64,000 nucleotides of DNA from Lama glama (GCA_028534125.1 CM052818.1:37574001-37638000), one strand, 5' to 3'; shown: positions 1 through 13,478, numbered from the stretch's first letter. Notes: generated by a model not told the origin, from the sequence alone. Made by a program: numbers and translations.

Positions 1-340
1 AACTCAGTGAAGAACTCTTTCCTTATACCTACATGTTTGGCAGCAAACAATGATGGATTGAATGACTCGAAGGCCTAGATTTTTTTCTTGCCCTTGAGTC
101 TCTATCTTTCTGGGAAAGGAAGCAAACACAAATATCTTTAGTGTATGTTCTTCCTGGCAGGAAGAAATTCTGATTGTGGACCTAAATCTTATATTCATCT
201 CACAGACTGAGCTATGTGACTTTTGATGGCATCATTGTGATTTTTTTCCCTAAGTGGCTTCTTCTGATCATGGAAGTCAGAAGGGGTGTGTATGTATGTT
301 TCTCCAGAAAACCACTGCTCTCTGAAGAACATGGAACCTT

Positions 341-1236
341 TTCTCTTTAGTTACAAAAATTTTTATTGAAGCATAGTTGATTTACAATGTTGTGTTAGTT
401 TCTGACATACAGCAAAGAGATTCAGTTATATGCAGGGAGGGACATATTCTTTTTCATTATGATTTATTACAGGACATTGAATATAGTTCCCTCTGCTATA
501 CAGTGGGACCTTATCTTTTATCTATTTTATATATGGTAGTTTTTATTTACTAATTTCAAACTTCTAATTTATCCCTCCCCCATACCCTTTCCTCTTTGGT
601 AACCATTGGCTTGTTTTCTATGTCTGTGAGTCTCTTTCTGTTTTATAAGTAAGTTTATTTGTATCATATTTTAGATTCCACATATAAGTGATATCATATG
701 ATATTTGTCTTCCTCTTTCTGACTTACTTCTCTTGTTATGACAATCTCTAGGTCCATCAACATGTTGCTGCAAATGGTGTTGTTTCATTCTTTTTTATGG
801 CTGACTAATATTCAACAGTATATATGTACCACATCTACTTTATCTATTCACCTGTTGATGGACATTTAGTTTCCTTCATGTCTTAGCTATTGTACATAGT
901 GCTGCTATGAACTTTGGAGTGAACTTTTAAATTAGAATTTTCTCCAGATACATGCCCAGAAGTAGGTTTTCTGGATCATATGGCAACCCTATTTTTTTAG
1001 TTTTTTGAAGGTAACTTCATAGCATCCTCCATAGTGGCTGCACCAATTTATACTCCCACCAACAGTATAGGAGGATTCCTTTTTCTCCACACCTTCTCCA
1101 GCATTTATTATTTGTAGACTTTTTGATAATGGCCATTCTGACCAGTGTGAGGTGATACCTCACTGTAGTTTTGATTTGCATTTCTCTAATAATTAGTGAT
1201 GTTGAGCATCTTTTCATGTGCCTATTGGCCATCTGT
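341..1236 (-). mobile_element. 5'-truncated LINE-1 (cetartiodactyl type): ORF2 C-terminus, 3'UTR and decayed A tail
   Basis: ORF 1017..1232 encodes the L1 ORF2 CCHC region ([25 protein letters not shown]...[14 protein letters not shown]). The 3'UTR is the reverse complement of the copy at 55-55.7 kb. Diverged TSD candidate: gaacatggaacctt (327-340) / gaacttggaatctt (1240-1253). Confidence 0.95.
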
Positions 1237-4166
1237 AAGGAACTTGGAATCTTGGCTTTCTAGGGTACAGTTTTTGAGGGGAAGAACAAAACAAAAATGA
1301 GCTTAGAGACAATCAATTCATGGACTAAGGCGCCCACCAGCCTGAGGGAGCCTAGCATTGCCCCTGCTAATTTAAGTAATACCCGGAGTGAAGGGAGGGT
1401 CTTTGCAGCTCAGAAACTCTCTTCCTTAATTCATATAGGCCCTTGAAATTCTGACAGAGGCCACTAGCCATTCATACTGGAGACTAAAATAATAATTAAA
1501 TTTCACAGATGCCTACAAGGGATCCAAGAGCCTGCCCTTTTAGAACACAAGGGTAACGAGAGGGCAATTTATAGTTACGTGTCTTGCAACTTTCCTAAAT
1601 TTTCTCCATCTGATCAGTCAGGAGTATAATTGAACACAATGAGGTGTTGCAGGCTTTTCCAAAGTAATACGGAGCAAGATGAACTGTTAAATTATCCCTT
1701 ACAAACTAGAATATCACTTCTATGCTTCCTAATACTCAAAACCTTCCCCTGTAGGAGATTCTTTGGGCACTTTTTTGAGCTCTTTATTAGGTTACCACCC
1801 CAGCGTTATTGTTCATTTCTACCCCTTTTCAAATCGGAGGACTAAAAGTAAATAATTTATCCTTCGCCTGGGAGCTCCGATATAATTTATCATGATGTGA
1901 AAGATAACAGTCCGATGATCACATATTTACATCATTTTTATACTAAACACAGAATAACTATGACAAATACTTTCACTGAACTTATCAAAGTGACATCAGA
2001 TAGTGCTGCAGGAGACATAAAATCATATAAAGCAGATACAGTGATTTAAAACCATAGCAGGCTGGGTTTATTTATTATAGGAAGAAATGTGTCCTTTATG
2101 ACTCACTAGTTTCTGGGTCATTAGTGAGTGACAGTCCAGGATGGTATTGTGCATTTAGCATAATGACCCAGAGTCATCTAATCAGATTAAGTTATTTTTA
2201 TCTCCTCAGGTTCAGGAGTCAGAGAATTGTGTCATGCATTTTTAAGAGATTTCAAGCTTAGAAATGAGGTGTAAAAGTTTATTATGGATACTTTGTGCAG
2301 TCAATAAACAATGCGATTTCCGTGGTAAAATTCAGTCTGGTTTGACTTAGAAGCCCTGACGTGAGGAACTGCTCCCCTGGGGGCCCACGACATCCTGCAA
2401 AGACTTGTCAGGGTCTAGTGTAATTGGGTGTACGTCTGTCTGCTCAACTAGGATCTCAGCGCCAAAGAGGAAGAATTTTATTTTCTTCTGTGTAACACAC
2501 AGCACCCGGCGTGTAGTAGGCAATCCGCTAGGTGTTTCCTGGAGGAAGGATACCCACTTGGAATAGTCTGTGTCAGTCTGCATTGGCTGAAATAGAGACG
2601 AAGAACCCCTGAATGTCCAGATCCTTCCCATCTAGGCAGGGATAAAGACTCCGCTCTTTTTGTACCAAGTGCAGCCATGTTTACAATTACGTCATTTTAT
2701 AGGTAAGGAATTGATAAAGATGATTTCAGACACTCAGGTTGTTAAGAAAAATTCACCAAAACATGGAAAGGATGACTGAAAGTCTTTAACATGTCCTGCT
2801 GGGGACAAGGGGTTACCCAGCTCTCTTGGGTATATTCCCTGTGTGACTTGCTCTTTATTATTTTTTTGGACAGTTTGCAACTTTGCAAGGATACATGTTA
2901 CCCTGCAGAAAATTGATAGCAATGTAAATAATTCCAGTTCCGTTACAGTGGCAATGAATTTTGTGTGCTAATTGCAAACGGTTTTTGACAAAGGTTACAG
3001 TTTTAATTGTCCTTTATGGACATTAGTTTTGCACCTGAACTGCTTTTCCCTTTAAGCCTCTATAAATATCTCCCTATCTCCAATAATTTTTGAAAGAGCT
3101 TAAGCATCCTGATGGTGTCATCTTTAATAAGCTAAACAATCTTATACTCAATTTATGTTTGCATACTGTTTATAGTTTTAGCTTTTCGAAAATTACACCT
3201 AGACAAAGTAAAAACTCATATGCTTAAGTGTACATAATCACATTTAAAAAGTAGCAAAAAACCACAGAAATAACAATCCTGTTCTCCCCCAAATAGATTT
3301 TTTTGTATTATGCTTGGTTTTTTAACAAATTAATGTGAGAAATCAAATGTGTGTGGGGTGAGATTAATCTGAAGAGTACAGGCTAGATTTTACATGCCAT
3401 TAATTTTTTAGGGAAAATAAGATGGGGGACGTGAAGGAAATAGATTTTGACAATGAGGATGCCAGTGGGAGAGTGATGTATTCTTCAACAAGGAGAATGT
3501 AAAACAAAACTACCAGCAGGCCAGGAAATATGCCAGGAAGGGAAGAGTGGGCACACCGGGGTACTGGGTGAGAAGCAGGCATTGTCGAGGCATTCTGCTC
3601 CCAGTATCACTGGAGAATTCAAAAAAAAAAAAGATGATAATAGTACCAGCAGAAGTTCTATAGATGATTTTCCATGAAATACTTGGTTCAAACTCCACCT
3701 TCAAATATGTTATTTGGGGAGAAAATCAGAGACTGCTTCAAAAATAACAATGCCAGTTAAAAGATGGCCACATTTTGATTCAATGCAGGAAAGAAATTGG
3801 GGTTTCTACTTTATACCAGACTTTCACAAAGCATGTAGCGGATATAAGAAAGTGAGTGAGACAGGGGTCTTTTCCTCAACAATGTGAAATGTATTGGGAA
3901 TGCAAATCAGAGCAATATAAAGCCAAGAAAGTAAGGGAGAGGAGAAACGAGGTAGTGATGTCCCTAGTTTGGGGGAAAGCTGAGTGTGGGAAATAGTTGT
4001 TTCCTGAGTAAGATAATTATGGCCATTCTTAAGAACTTCTTGACATTTGTCTTCAGTCTTCGGCTTAGGGAAATTTTTATAAATGGAAATGATAACTGAA
4101 TGAGTAGATTGATGTTATTTTATTAGCAAATGGGACCCTTTCAAGTGAATAGTTTTGATCTGACTC

Positions 4167-4507
4167 CAGTAGTCTTTGCTTATCTGGGGTTTCCCTGTTC
4201 ACATTTTCAGTTACACACAAGCCAACTGTGGTCTGAAAATATTAAATGGAAAATTCCAGAAATAAACAATTTGTAAATTTTAAATTGTGCGCTGTACTGA
4301 GTAGCGTGATGAAATCTTCACCTTCCTGGCCAGGGTGTGACTCATCCTTTTTTTTTTTTTTTTTGTCCAGAGTAGCCATGCTCTCTATGCCACCTGCCCG
4401 GTGGCACAGGAAAAACCATAGCAGATACAGGGTCTGGTCCTCTCCAGGGCTGCTGGCATCCAGTGGGGGCCTTGGAACGCATCCACCATGAGTAAGAGGG
4501 GGATGCG
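4167..4507 (+). mobile_element. Tigger-family MITE, MER44A-like
   Basis: The start cagtagtc..ttatct, internal aaaatattaaatggaaaattccagaaataaacaa...ctgagtagcgtgatgaaatct and end gggggccttggaacgcatcc resemble the MER44 consensus as recalled. Confidence 0.8.
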
Positions 4508-5339
4508 TGGTTGAATCACGCTCTCAGTCACATGCACACACCGCCCAGCTCAGATCTACCTGGGGCAGCTCTTGAGTCTGGACGTCCCAAGTAGGAAGAT
4601 GAGAAAAACTCATGTGCACCAAGTCTTTTCTTTCCTCCTCTCAGCCTTCTGGGGAATAAGGAGGGAGATCAGGCAAGGCTGGCCTCCTTTGCTTTCTTTA
4701 CATCTCTGAATTTGCTACCTTTGCTTCTGTTTTCATTTATTGCATAAATACTCTTAGAACAAAATTTGGTTGGGGGATTATGGGAAAAAATGTAGAATAT
4801 CCTCTAAGCTCATTACTGGGAACATTTAAACTGTTCTTTAATTTTTTTTTCCCTGTATAACCTCCCAGTGTTTATCCATATGCAAGCAAGCTTTTGGAGG
4901 CTTTTATCTGTAGTATAGGTATAATTTTTTATTCTTCTCGTTCATTTAATGTTACTTCATATTCTCCTTGTAATTATATGTTCATAATTATTTTATACTG
5001 CTGGATAAGATTTAGACTCGGTATACCTCACTTAGTTGTTTATCTAGTTTTAAGCATTTATTTAAATATCACTTTACTACTTTAAATAATTCTGCCTTAA
5101 ATATATTTTTGAATGTCTCTGCATCTTCACCATATGACTAAACCCTAAATCCTAAAATAAATATTTTTAGTACCTTAACTACTCTAAAATCAGGGTATGT
5201 TTTAAAATCTATGGGCATATTTAATATGGTTGTTAAACTTTATTAATGAACTGTATTAATTTGATGGCATGTCCTATAATTATTATTAGTTTGGAATCAA
5301 GAAAATTAAGTATTTCCTTAGTGTAAATTCCTAAAATTC

Positions 5340-7445
5340 TTGATAATAATCATATAGGAAGATATAAATATAATAAAAAATAAACTTGCCATTTCAACCT
5401 CTAAACAACTGGGCACAAAAGAAAACAAAAATGAAAAAACTTTTTAAATGCTTGGTAGTGTATATTTAGCAAAAACTAAAATATCAATGAGTTAAAAAAT
5501 GTATAAGTGTAGTTTTGTATAAGTTGTTAAGTGCTAGCCACTTAGGAAGGCAAAAATAGATATTAACAATCAAAATAGAAACAAACAAAAGTAGGAGAAA
5601 ACCATCACAAGTAAATTTTTAAAATATATTTTAAGACATTTTACGTTTAGCTAGACAAATACAGAACAAAAATCAGGAAATTACAAATAATATTCAGAAA
5701 TACTTAGAAAAGACAAACAGTAATAGATATAGTAAATTATATACATTTACACAATCTTACACAAATCATTTTGAAAAATTTAGATCAAATATGAATTTCT
5801 AGAAAAAACACATGTTAATAAAGAATGCATAGGAAATAAGGAACACAGAAAACCTAAACAGTCTGATAACCATACGACATTTTTATAAGGTTGTCAAAGA
5901 GCCATTTCTGCTCAAAACTGAAAGGCACAGACATTTTTCCAGGTAAATTAAATTAAATATTTAAATGATATATAATTTTTATACTTTACAAACAATTCAT
6001 AACATTGACAATATATAGATGTATGTATGTGTATATATACATATATATAATGTCATTTTTAAAGTTCTTTTTCTTTTTTCAACCATGAGAATGTTTAATG
6101 GTACATACATGTTGGAAAAAAATCACTTAACCCTACAAATTCTACATCAACAAGATAATCTATGCCCAGGATTTTACTTAAGGGAAAAGAAGGTCCACAA
6201 AATAAAGTTTTAAAAAAAATATGAAACCAGAATAACTCTGAAAGCAGGTAAGCATGTACTAAAGAACTATAGGGCAATTCATTTATAAACATCAATTCAA
6301 ATTCCAAATAAATACTAGTAATTAAACCTTTGAGTGAATTTTAAATATATGGCTTCTTCATTCAGTAAATATCATTTGAGCATCTACTTTGTGTGAATTA
6401 CTGTTCTAATTCCTAAAAACTATAGATATGAACTAGATAATACAAGAGGTCTTTGGAAGGCTAACACTCACTAGAGAGAAACAGACAGCAGCCAAATAAA
6501 TAAATTTAACAATCATTTAGAAATTTTTAACATTTGCTCTGGAGTAACTGTAGAGAAAGATGTAATAAGTATTTGGTGGTGTCACTTCAGATGAGGTGGT
6601 GATGGATGCCTCTGTAAGTGATGACATTTGTCCTCAAGAAAGTTTCATTTTAGAATAAAATGCTTTGTAAAAATTCAACATTCATTCCTTATGAAAATTA
6701 TTAGCAAAACACAAATCAATGTATATACTTCCTCAACTCCCTGCATCCCCTCTTCTGGCCCCCTTCTCTACCTTTTATCACCCCATAAAAACACCTCTTT
6801 CACCCCATTTCATGAAAAACCAATGTAAGCAATCCCACTGAGCCAAGAAGAAGACAAAAGACTCATTACTACCAGTATTATTAAAATTTGTTCTGGTAAT
6901 ACAAAAAAATGTAATTAGAAATAAACAATGTATGATATATAAATGCTGCTAAAGAGACAAAATTGTCATGTTTGTATATTGCATCTTGTATGGTTATTTA
7001 CAAGGAAACCCCAAGAAAATTAGCTAGAAAGTTTAGAAACAATAAGATAATACGGCAAAACAAATGAAAACAAAAATTCAATCTAAAAGAATCAATAACT
7101 TACCAATGTACACTGTATGATAAAATCTAATTACACAGTATAACAAAGGGAAAAAAATCCCCCCTCTGCAGTAAAAATAAAAAGAAGTAAACCTTCTAGG
7201 GATAAATTTATCAAAAGTAAATATGTTCTTATAGAAAACAAAATTTAAAAATTCTTCTGAGAGTATAAAAGAATTAAAATAGCCAGAAATAGTGGAGATC
7301 AAGAAAGTTAAAATATTTATTAAAATATATTAATAAGCTAAGTGTGATCCATTCAAAGTACCAGCAGTTTATTTCTAATATAATGACATGATATCAAAAG
7401 TTCATCTGGAAAAATAAATGTGTATAACAAAAGTTTTAAATGTAT
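5340..7445 (+). mobile_element. Ancient, highly diverged L1 ORF2 region (L1M/L1ME type), interrupted by an L2 fragment at ~6355-6630
   Basis: Strongly A-rich + strand with residual L1 ORF2 words (aaaattcaacattcattcctt; tgtgatccattcaaagtaccagcag; aaagttcatctggaaaaataa). No intact frame. Confidence 0.7.
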
Positions 7446-7449
7446 TGTA

Positions 7450-8451
7450 AAAATGGATTGAAGACCTACATGTAGGACTGGATACTCTAAAACTCCTAGA
7501 GGAAGACACAGGCAGAACACTCTTTGATGTAAATTGTAGTAATGTATTTTTTTGGATCCATCTCCTAGAGTAATAGAAATAAAAGCCAAATTAAACAAAC
7601 AGGACCTCATTAAACTTAAAAGCTTTTGCACAGCAAAGGAAACCATAAACAAGATGAAAGGACAAACTACAGAATGGGAGAAAACATTTGCAAATGATGT
7701 GACTGACAAGGGATTAGTTTCCAAAATACACAAACAGGTCACACAGCTTTATATGCCACCCCCCAAAAAAATCAGAAAATGGGCAGGAGACCAAAATAAA
7801 CATTTCTCCAAAGAAGACATACAGATGCCCAAAAAGCACATGAAAAGATGCTTGATATCACTAATTATCAGAGAAATGCAAATCAAAACTACAATGTGGT
7901 ATCACCTCACACTGGTCAGAATGGCCATCATTAAAAAGTCTACAAATAATAAATGCTGGAGAGGGTGTGAAGAAAAGGGAACTTTCCTACACTGTTGGTG
8001 GGAATATAAGTCAATGCAATCACTATGGAGAACAGTCTGGAGGTTCTTTAAAAAACTAAAAATAGACTTATATGTGATCCAACAATCCCACTCCTGGGCA
8101 TATATCTGGAGAAAACTCTAATTTGAAAAGATACATGCACCCCAATGTTCATAGCAGTACTATTTACAGTAGCCAAGACATGGAAGCAACCTAAATGTCC
8201 ATCAACAGATGAATGGATAAAGAAGATGTAGTATATATTTACAATAGAATACTACTCAGCCATAAAAAAGAATGAAATAATGCCATTTGCAACACATGGA
8301 TTCACTTAGAGATTATCATACTAAGTGAAGTAAGTCAGAAAGAGAAGACACATGCCATATGATATCACTTATATGTGGAATCTAAAATATGATACAAATG
8401 AACTTATTTACAAACCAGAAATAGACTCTCAGACATAGAAGAGAAACCATG
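7450..8451 (+). mobile_element. Younger LINE-1 fragment: ORF2 C-terminal region and partial 3'UTR
   Basis: ORF 7552..8121 (189 aa): DLIKLKSFCTAKETINKMKGQTTEWEKTFAN...[25 protein letters not shown]...[18 protein letters not shown]. The 3'UTR stops at gagaaaccatg with no poly(A). Confidence 0.95.
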
Positions 8452-8749
8452 TTTTGGCATAGTTTGGCAACATTAGTCTCCCCACTCCTCCCTTCCCATT
8501 TCACATCTTTTCCAGGCTTGTCTTGCCTAGCCTCACATACTACTTCTAGATGAACTTCAGTATCGTGTTGTTGGTGCTAGACCAGGAACACTCAAATCAT
8601 GGGGACAGAAATGAGGGCCCCTGTACAGTCCAGAGTAATTTAATATATGTTAAAGTTTCTATTTCAGGTATGTGAATAACAGTTTTAATTGAATTCATCC
8701 TATAGTGATACCTGGATTAACATTTTAAAAACCTAAAAAGAAAATAAAC

Positions 8750-9160
8750 ACAGATCACCATAAAAAATATGTTTAAGATATATATACTAAATACTTAAAT
8801 GGAAAGAAAGAAACTATAAAAGTCCTAGAAGAAAATGTAAGTGCATTATTTAACATAACATATAGCCCAGAAATTACACAAGAAGGATAAAAATGTTTCA
8901 TTATATGAAAATAAATAAATAATAGAGTGGTCAGAAATATCAAAGCTGAGGTTAAAAAAAAACAATAATTAATTGATAAAAGAACGTTTGTAATTTATGA
9001 CAGAAAGGGCTAATTTTCTTCATATAAAGTAGTCTAATGAATGTTTTGACAAAACATTTCAAAGTACAAGTGACGAACAAGTAGATAAAAACACACACAA
9101 CTTCAGTCATGATTAAAGAAATGAAAATGAAATTAAATGAAACATTCATTTTTACCTATT
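8750..9160 (+). mobile_element. Continuation of the ancient L1 ORF2 region
   Basis: gaaactataaaagtcctagaagaaaatgtaag and attaaagaaatgaaaatgaaattaaatgaaacattcatttttacctattag are degenerate L1 ORF2 segments. Confidence 0.65.
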
Positions 9161-9189
9161 AGCCTGTCCCTCCCTTTCTTTGCTTCTGA

Positions 9190-9750
9190 AAAAAAGTCTG
9201 AAAAGAGCATTTGTCTGACAAGGTACAAGGAAACAGGACATATCACATTACTGCCGGCCTGTTTCTGTACGGAAAGCAGCCCTGAGACTGATGTTCGTAG
9301 AAAGCTCTGCTTGCAAAGGAGACAGCTGGGAACTTGGATCTCACAGGGTTTCCATGTTTTTCTAACTAGAAAACGTGACTCATGGCGCCTAGGCTTTATA
9401 TACAACAATGTGGTTTATGCTGAACGTTTGCTTTCCTTCTGGAATTTTGGTACACGCCAGATAGAAGGCGCCTATGTGACCAGCTTACAATGAAAACCTT
9501 GGGCACTGCATCTCTCATGGGCCTTAACCTGGGGAGAGATCACGCATGTATTACTGCCTTTTCATTGCTGGAGAGAGTGTATTCTGTGTGGCCCCTCCTG
9601 AGATGGCGAGAGCACAAAGTGGCCTGCACGTGGACTCCTCCAGACACTGCCTGCCTGTTTTACCCTAACATTCTGTGTGCCCTTCCTATGTGGCTGTGAT
9701 AAATCCTAGCTGAGTCCTGACAGTCCTGGTAAAACTCTGAATGGAGTCTT
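9190..9750 (+). mobile_element. ERVL-class solo LTR, MER68/MER21 group
   Basis: aacaatgtggtttatgctgaac..tgctttccttctggaattttggtac..ctatgtgaccagc..aaaaccttgggcactg..ggactcctccagacac..gctgtgataaatcctagc follows the MER68 consensus as recalled. Confidence 0.8.
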
Positions 9751-10034
9751 CAGTTTCCCATTTGGCAATCTTACTGGAAAACATATGGCAAGTATTATCA
9801 GCTATGCGTATTCTTTGTCTCAGCCATTGCATTCAAATATACACTTTCACAGGGGAAAACCTTGCAAGGATAGGGTAGGGGAAATGAAAAACTTACTATT
9901 CAGCAGCGGGGATGGGTTGCCTTAAACATGATAATCCTGCAGCCATAACTTGTATAACCATAAGTCATGAAAAAGAACAAAATAGACTCGTTTTTCTGAT
10001 GTGAAAACATGTCATCAGCATGAAATCATTGTGA

Positions 10035-10068
10035 GTGTGTGTGCATGCGCGCACATGCACGCACGTGT
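10035..10068. repeat. 34-bp alternating purine-pyrimidine tract with Z-DNA potential
   Basis: gtgtgtgtgcatgcgcgcacatgcacgcacgtgt. Confidence 0.8.
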
Positions 10069-11649
10069 TTGGAGAAGTTCTGATAAGATAATACATAAGA
10101 ACCCATCTAAAACAATTATCTCTGAAGAGCCTGACTGGATAACATAGAAACAAGGGGGGGGGGTATGGGAATGAAAGGAGTCTTTATCTTGTTATGTTTG
10201 CTACCGATAGATCTTATATATGTACACTTATCTTTGTGTGTATCTCTATAGCTGTATTAATATGTATTAGACCATTTGACACAGTATTTTCAGTTTCAAA
10301 AATGTATTGTCAGAACATACAGATGAGAATGAAGTTATGTTAAAAAATTTGGCCAGCTGTTTGTAATTCCCAAAATTTGGGTATAACAACATAATTGAAT
10401 ACTGTCGGGAGAGTTAAATGTTATAATTCTTCTGCGTGATGAAATATGTTGACAATAAAAGTCATAGTTTTTGAAGATCACATAACAACATGGGTTAATG
10501 CCCATAATATAATGCAGTATAAATAAAGGCCGCGTAAGAGAAAAAGAAAAAAGGCAGTGAGAGAGAGTGAGAAGGCAAAAATAAGAGAAATGGAGAGATG
10601 GAAGCAAAAACTTAATAGCATTAACAGATAAAGTGTGATGACTACCCATCAGCGGTGTGATTACAGGTGAATTTCATTATTTTCTTAAATTTCATCATAA
10701 TTTTCAATATTTTATGATGCCTAAGTTTTATTTTCATATAGGAAAACTAAATATTTTTAAATTGTTATAGTGTATTCTCTAGGTGAAGGTATATCCATGT
10801 AGCCATGAATGCCATGTTCACTTTTCACAAGTGGTCCCTCATTGATTTTCATCATATGTGTTGCTGCTTTAGTAAAACTGTAAAGTTCTTTATTTAAATA
10901 TGTGTTGCTTTTCTGAGTTGAGTATTTTTCTGTTTGTTGCATTTTGTCTTTTCTAAGTTACCTAGTTCTGTCCTATGTCTAAAAAAAGTTTAATCGATTT
11001 ATCAGCTATAGTTTATGTATTTTTCTGAGCATGTATTAATTTGATTTTAACTACATAAGTGCTTCTAAAGATATTAAATTCATTTTAAATTATAAAAGTA
11101 AATATTGCAATACTATCTCAATATTTCCTCAATGACTTCAATTATCATTGAAAAATTAAAAATTAGCAATTTGAATTATATAAAAATTGTGGCATGTATT
11201 TCTATATAAAACTTATCAGGTTAGTGATGATTTCTATAGTTAGCTGTTCACCTTTAAAATATTTAAATGTATTCTAATTTGATATACTAGATATATTTTC
11301 CTATCCATATGTATTTTGATGACTTTCTTATCACAAATTTAAATATCATATTTAGTCTATAATCTCTGGAAATCTTTTAGGAGATATTTGTGTGTGTATG
11401 TGTGTATATATATGTATGTATATATAGATTTAGAGAGATAATATATTCAGTTTATTATATATAAATACATATTATGTTATATATATTTTGCTGTGCTCAA
11501 TTACTTTGCTTAATGATTTATTAATTTAAATTTTCTTTACCTGAAGCAATCTGTACATATTATGCACTAATTAGAAAACAAATACAAGAAAAAGGCATTA
11601 AATGTAATCCTTAATCTAACAATTGACACTTAATCATTAGTCACAATTT

Positions 11650-12240
11650 TGTGCATATATTCTAGAATGTTCCCTATGCTAATATGTACTCATACTATGT
11701 ATACTGATTTTTATCCTGTTGTTTATTGGTTAGTTCTGCTTGATAATCTACTATGATCTTATTTTCATGTAATTATTTTTCCATTACCTAATTTTTAATT
11801 GCTTAATAGATTTCCATAGAAATATTTGGCATGATTATTTAACCAGTTCCATATTTTAGGAAATATATGTTAGTTTCAATTTTTTCTTCTCAACTGTGAT
11901 CAGATGACTACTGTTGTAAATTAATATTTTCACACGTGCCTAATTATTTCCTTAGGATAAATTCATAGTTGCAGAATTGTTGGATCAAATGTTATGATTA
12001 TTATGATTTTTGATACATATCACAATGTGACCTCCCAGAAAGATTTTACCATTTTATAATCTCAACAGCAATGTATGGAGGGAAAAATACATGTTTTTCT
12101 AAATATTCCCCAACATTAGATACTGAGATTTTATTGTATCCTTTGGAGGAAAGCAGTATCTTCTCATTTATTAACATATCTATCATGTATAAACTTTTCA
12201 TAGGTTTTTTTTTGACCATTTGTGTTTTTCACTTTTAAAG
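11650..12240 (-). mobile_element. Ancient L1 3' region (L1ME-like)
   Basis: attatttccttaggataaattcatagttgcagaattgttggatcaaa and cagaaagattttaccattttataatctcaacagcaatgtatg resemble antisense L1ME 3' sequence. Confidence 0.7.
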
Positions 12241-12730
12241 TTTTGAAGTTAGTTATGACAATTGGTTCAAGGATATTCCTTTTTAAAAAAATTATAATAG
12301 CTCTCAAATTAGTTTAATTTTCTTTTAGATGCAAGTACATGAATTAGTGGGGCATAAAACAGACACCTACCTGCTAGTCAAATGATAGAATTAAATGTCT
12401 ATTTCTTTATTGCCTGTGTGTGATAGAAATGTGACAAAATTAGGTTTATCATCAACTTTGTACTCTTGAAGCTGAAGGATTCTTGTTTGTATTTCAGTCT
12501 CCATTATGTGTTTTTTTTTTCAGTTGTAGTCTCTGTGTAATTGATCTTAATATTGTTTACTAGATATGCTGTTGGTTCACTGAAAATAGAAAGTTTTATT
12601 TTTATACAGGTTCAGACTTCTAAAAAAAAATGCATTCATTTATTTGTTGCTTACTTTGCTTATTTGATCTTCACTCTAGCTTCTGAACTCTCAAGGAGCC
12701 AATTAAAACATCTTTCTTCAGGAAACTTTT

Positions 12731-13115
12731 ATTAGTCAGCTTAAGTTTAGTTATTGTGCAGTGAGAAGCAACCCCAAAGTTGCAATGGCTTTCAAATAAA
12801 AAAAGGTTTATTCCTCACCCATGACGATATTTACTGTGGATTGGCTGCAGTTCTATTCTCTGTTACCTTTACTAAGGGTTCAGGCTGTCAGAACAACCTC
12901 TAACACATCACCAGCCTCCTTCCAGATGGAAAAAAAGTGCATGGCAAGTCATGCATTGGATTTTAAAGCTTCTTCCTGGAGGTGAAACACATTATTCAAT
13001 TCACAGTTCATTGGGCAAAGAAGTTATATGGCCAGGCCTGATGTTAAAGGAGCCAGAAAATATAATTCTCCTCCCAGGAAGATACAGAAACTATTTTGAA
13101 CAAAAATATTATCAC
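12731..13115. mobile_element. MaLR LTR (MLT1 family)
   Basis: The start attagtcagctt..gttattgtgcagt..caaccccaaa..tggcttt..aggtttattcctcac and end ttcattgggcaaagaagttatatggccaggcctga are typical of old MLT1 LTRs. Confidence 0.7.
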
Positions 13116-13221
13116 CTTATCTGTTCAAGTAGTTTGCTAATATTTGGCTCTAGAATTATAAAGCTACACCAGTTGCAAAGCCCGTTATGCATTAATTAGT
13201 TTAAGAAATTTTACCTCAGTG

Positions 13222-13478
13222 CAGCCCTAAGTGATTTAAAGCAAGAGTCTGCAAACTTTTCTATAAAGAGCTAGATTGTAAATATTTTTATCTGTGTGGG
13301 CCATATACTTTCTGCTGCAACATTTGCAATTTCTCAAGTTTGCTGATATAGCCAGGAAGTAGCCATAGTTATTACAGAAACAAATAGATGTATCTGCATT
13401 TAAATAAAATTTTATTAAAAAAAAAAATCAGGCCATGGGCTGGATTTGTCATACTAGTCATTGTCTGCCAATACCTGA
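13222..13478 (+). mobile_element. hAT-Charlie MITE, MER58-like
   Basis: caagagtctgcaaacttttctataaagagctagattgtaaatattttt..gtgggccata...aataaaattttatt...ggctggatttg..tgccaatacctg. Confidence 0.8.

Noticed and set aside
2636..2702. 67-nt exon-like segment with gcagccATG (2677) and AG|gtaagg donor
   Set aside because: The peptide MFTITSFY is unrecognised, and splicing to the next candidate exon (18957) stops after ~41 codons. It cannot be distinguished from chance splice-site pairs.
5150..5310. Possible Kanga/MER104-like DNA transposon remnant
   Set aside because: Only short, degenerate similarity; too weak to call without an alignment.
7353..7742. 129-aa minus-strand ORF (likewise 54564..54851 and 54914..55114)
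   Set aside because: These are antisense readings of L1 ORF2, a common spurious 'hypothetical protein' class.
7552..8121. 189-aa ORF as a host gene
   Set aside because: It is the L1 ORF2 C-terminal region in a truncated copy with no endonuclease or RT domain.
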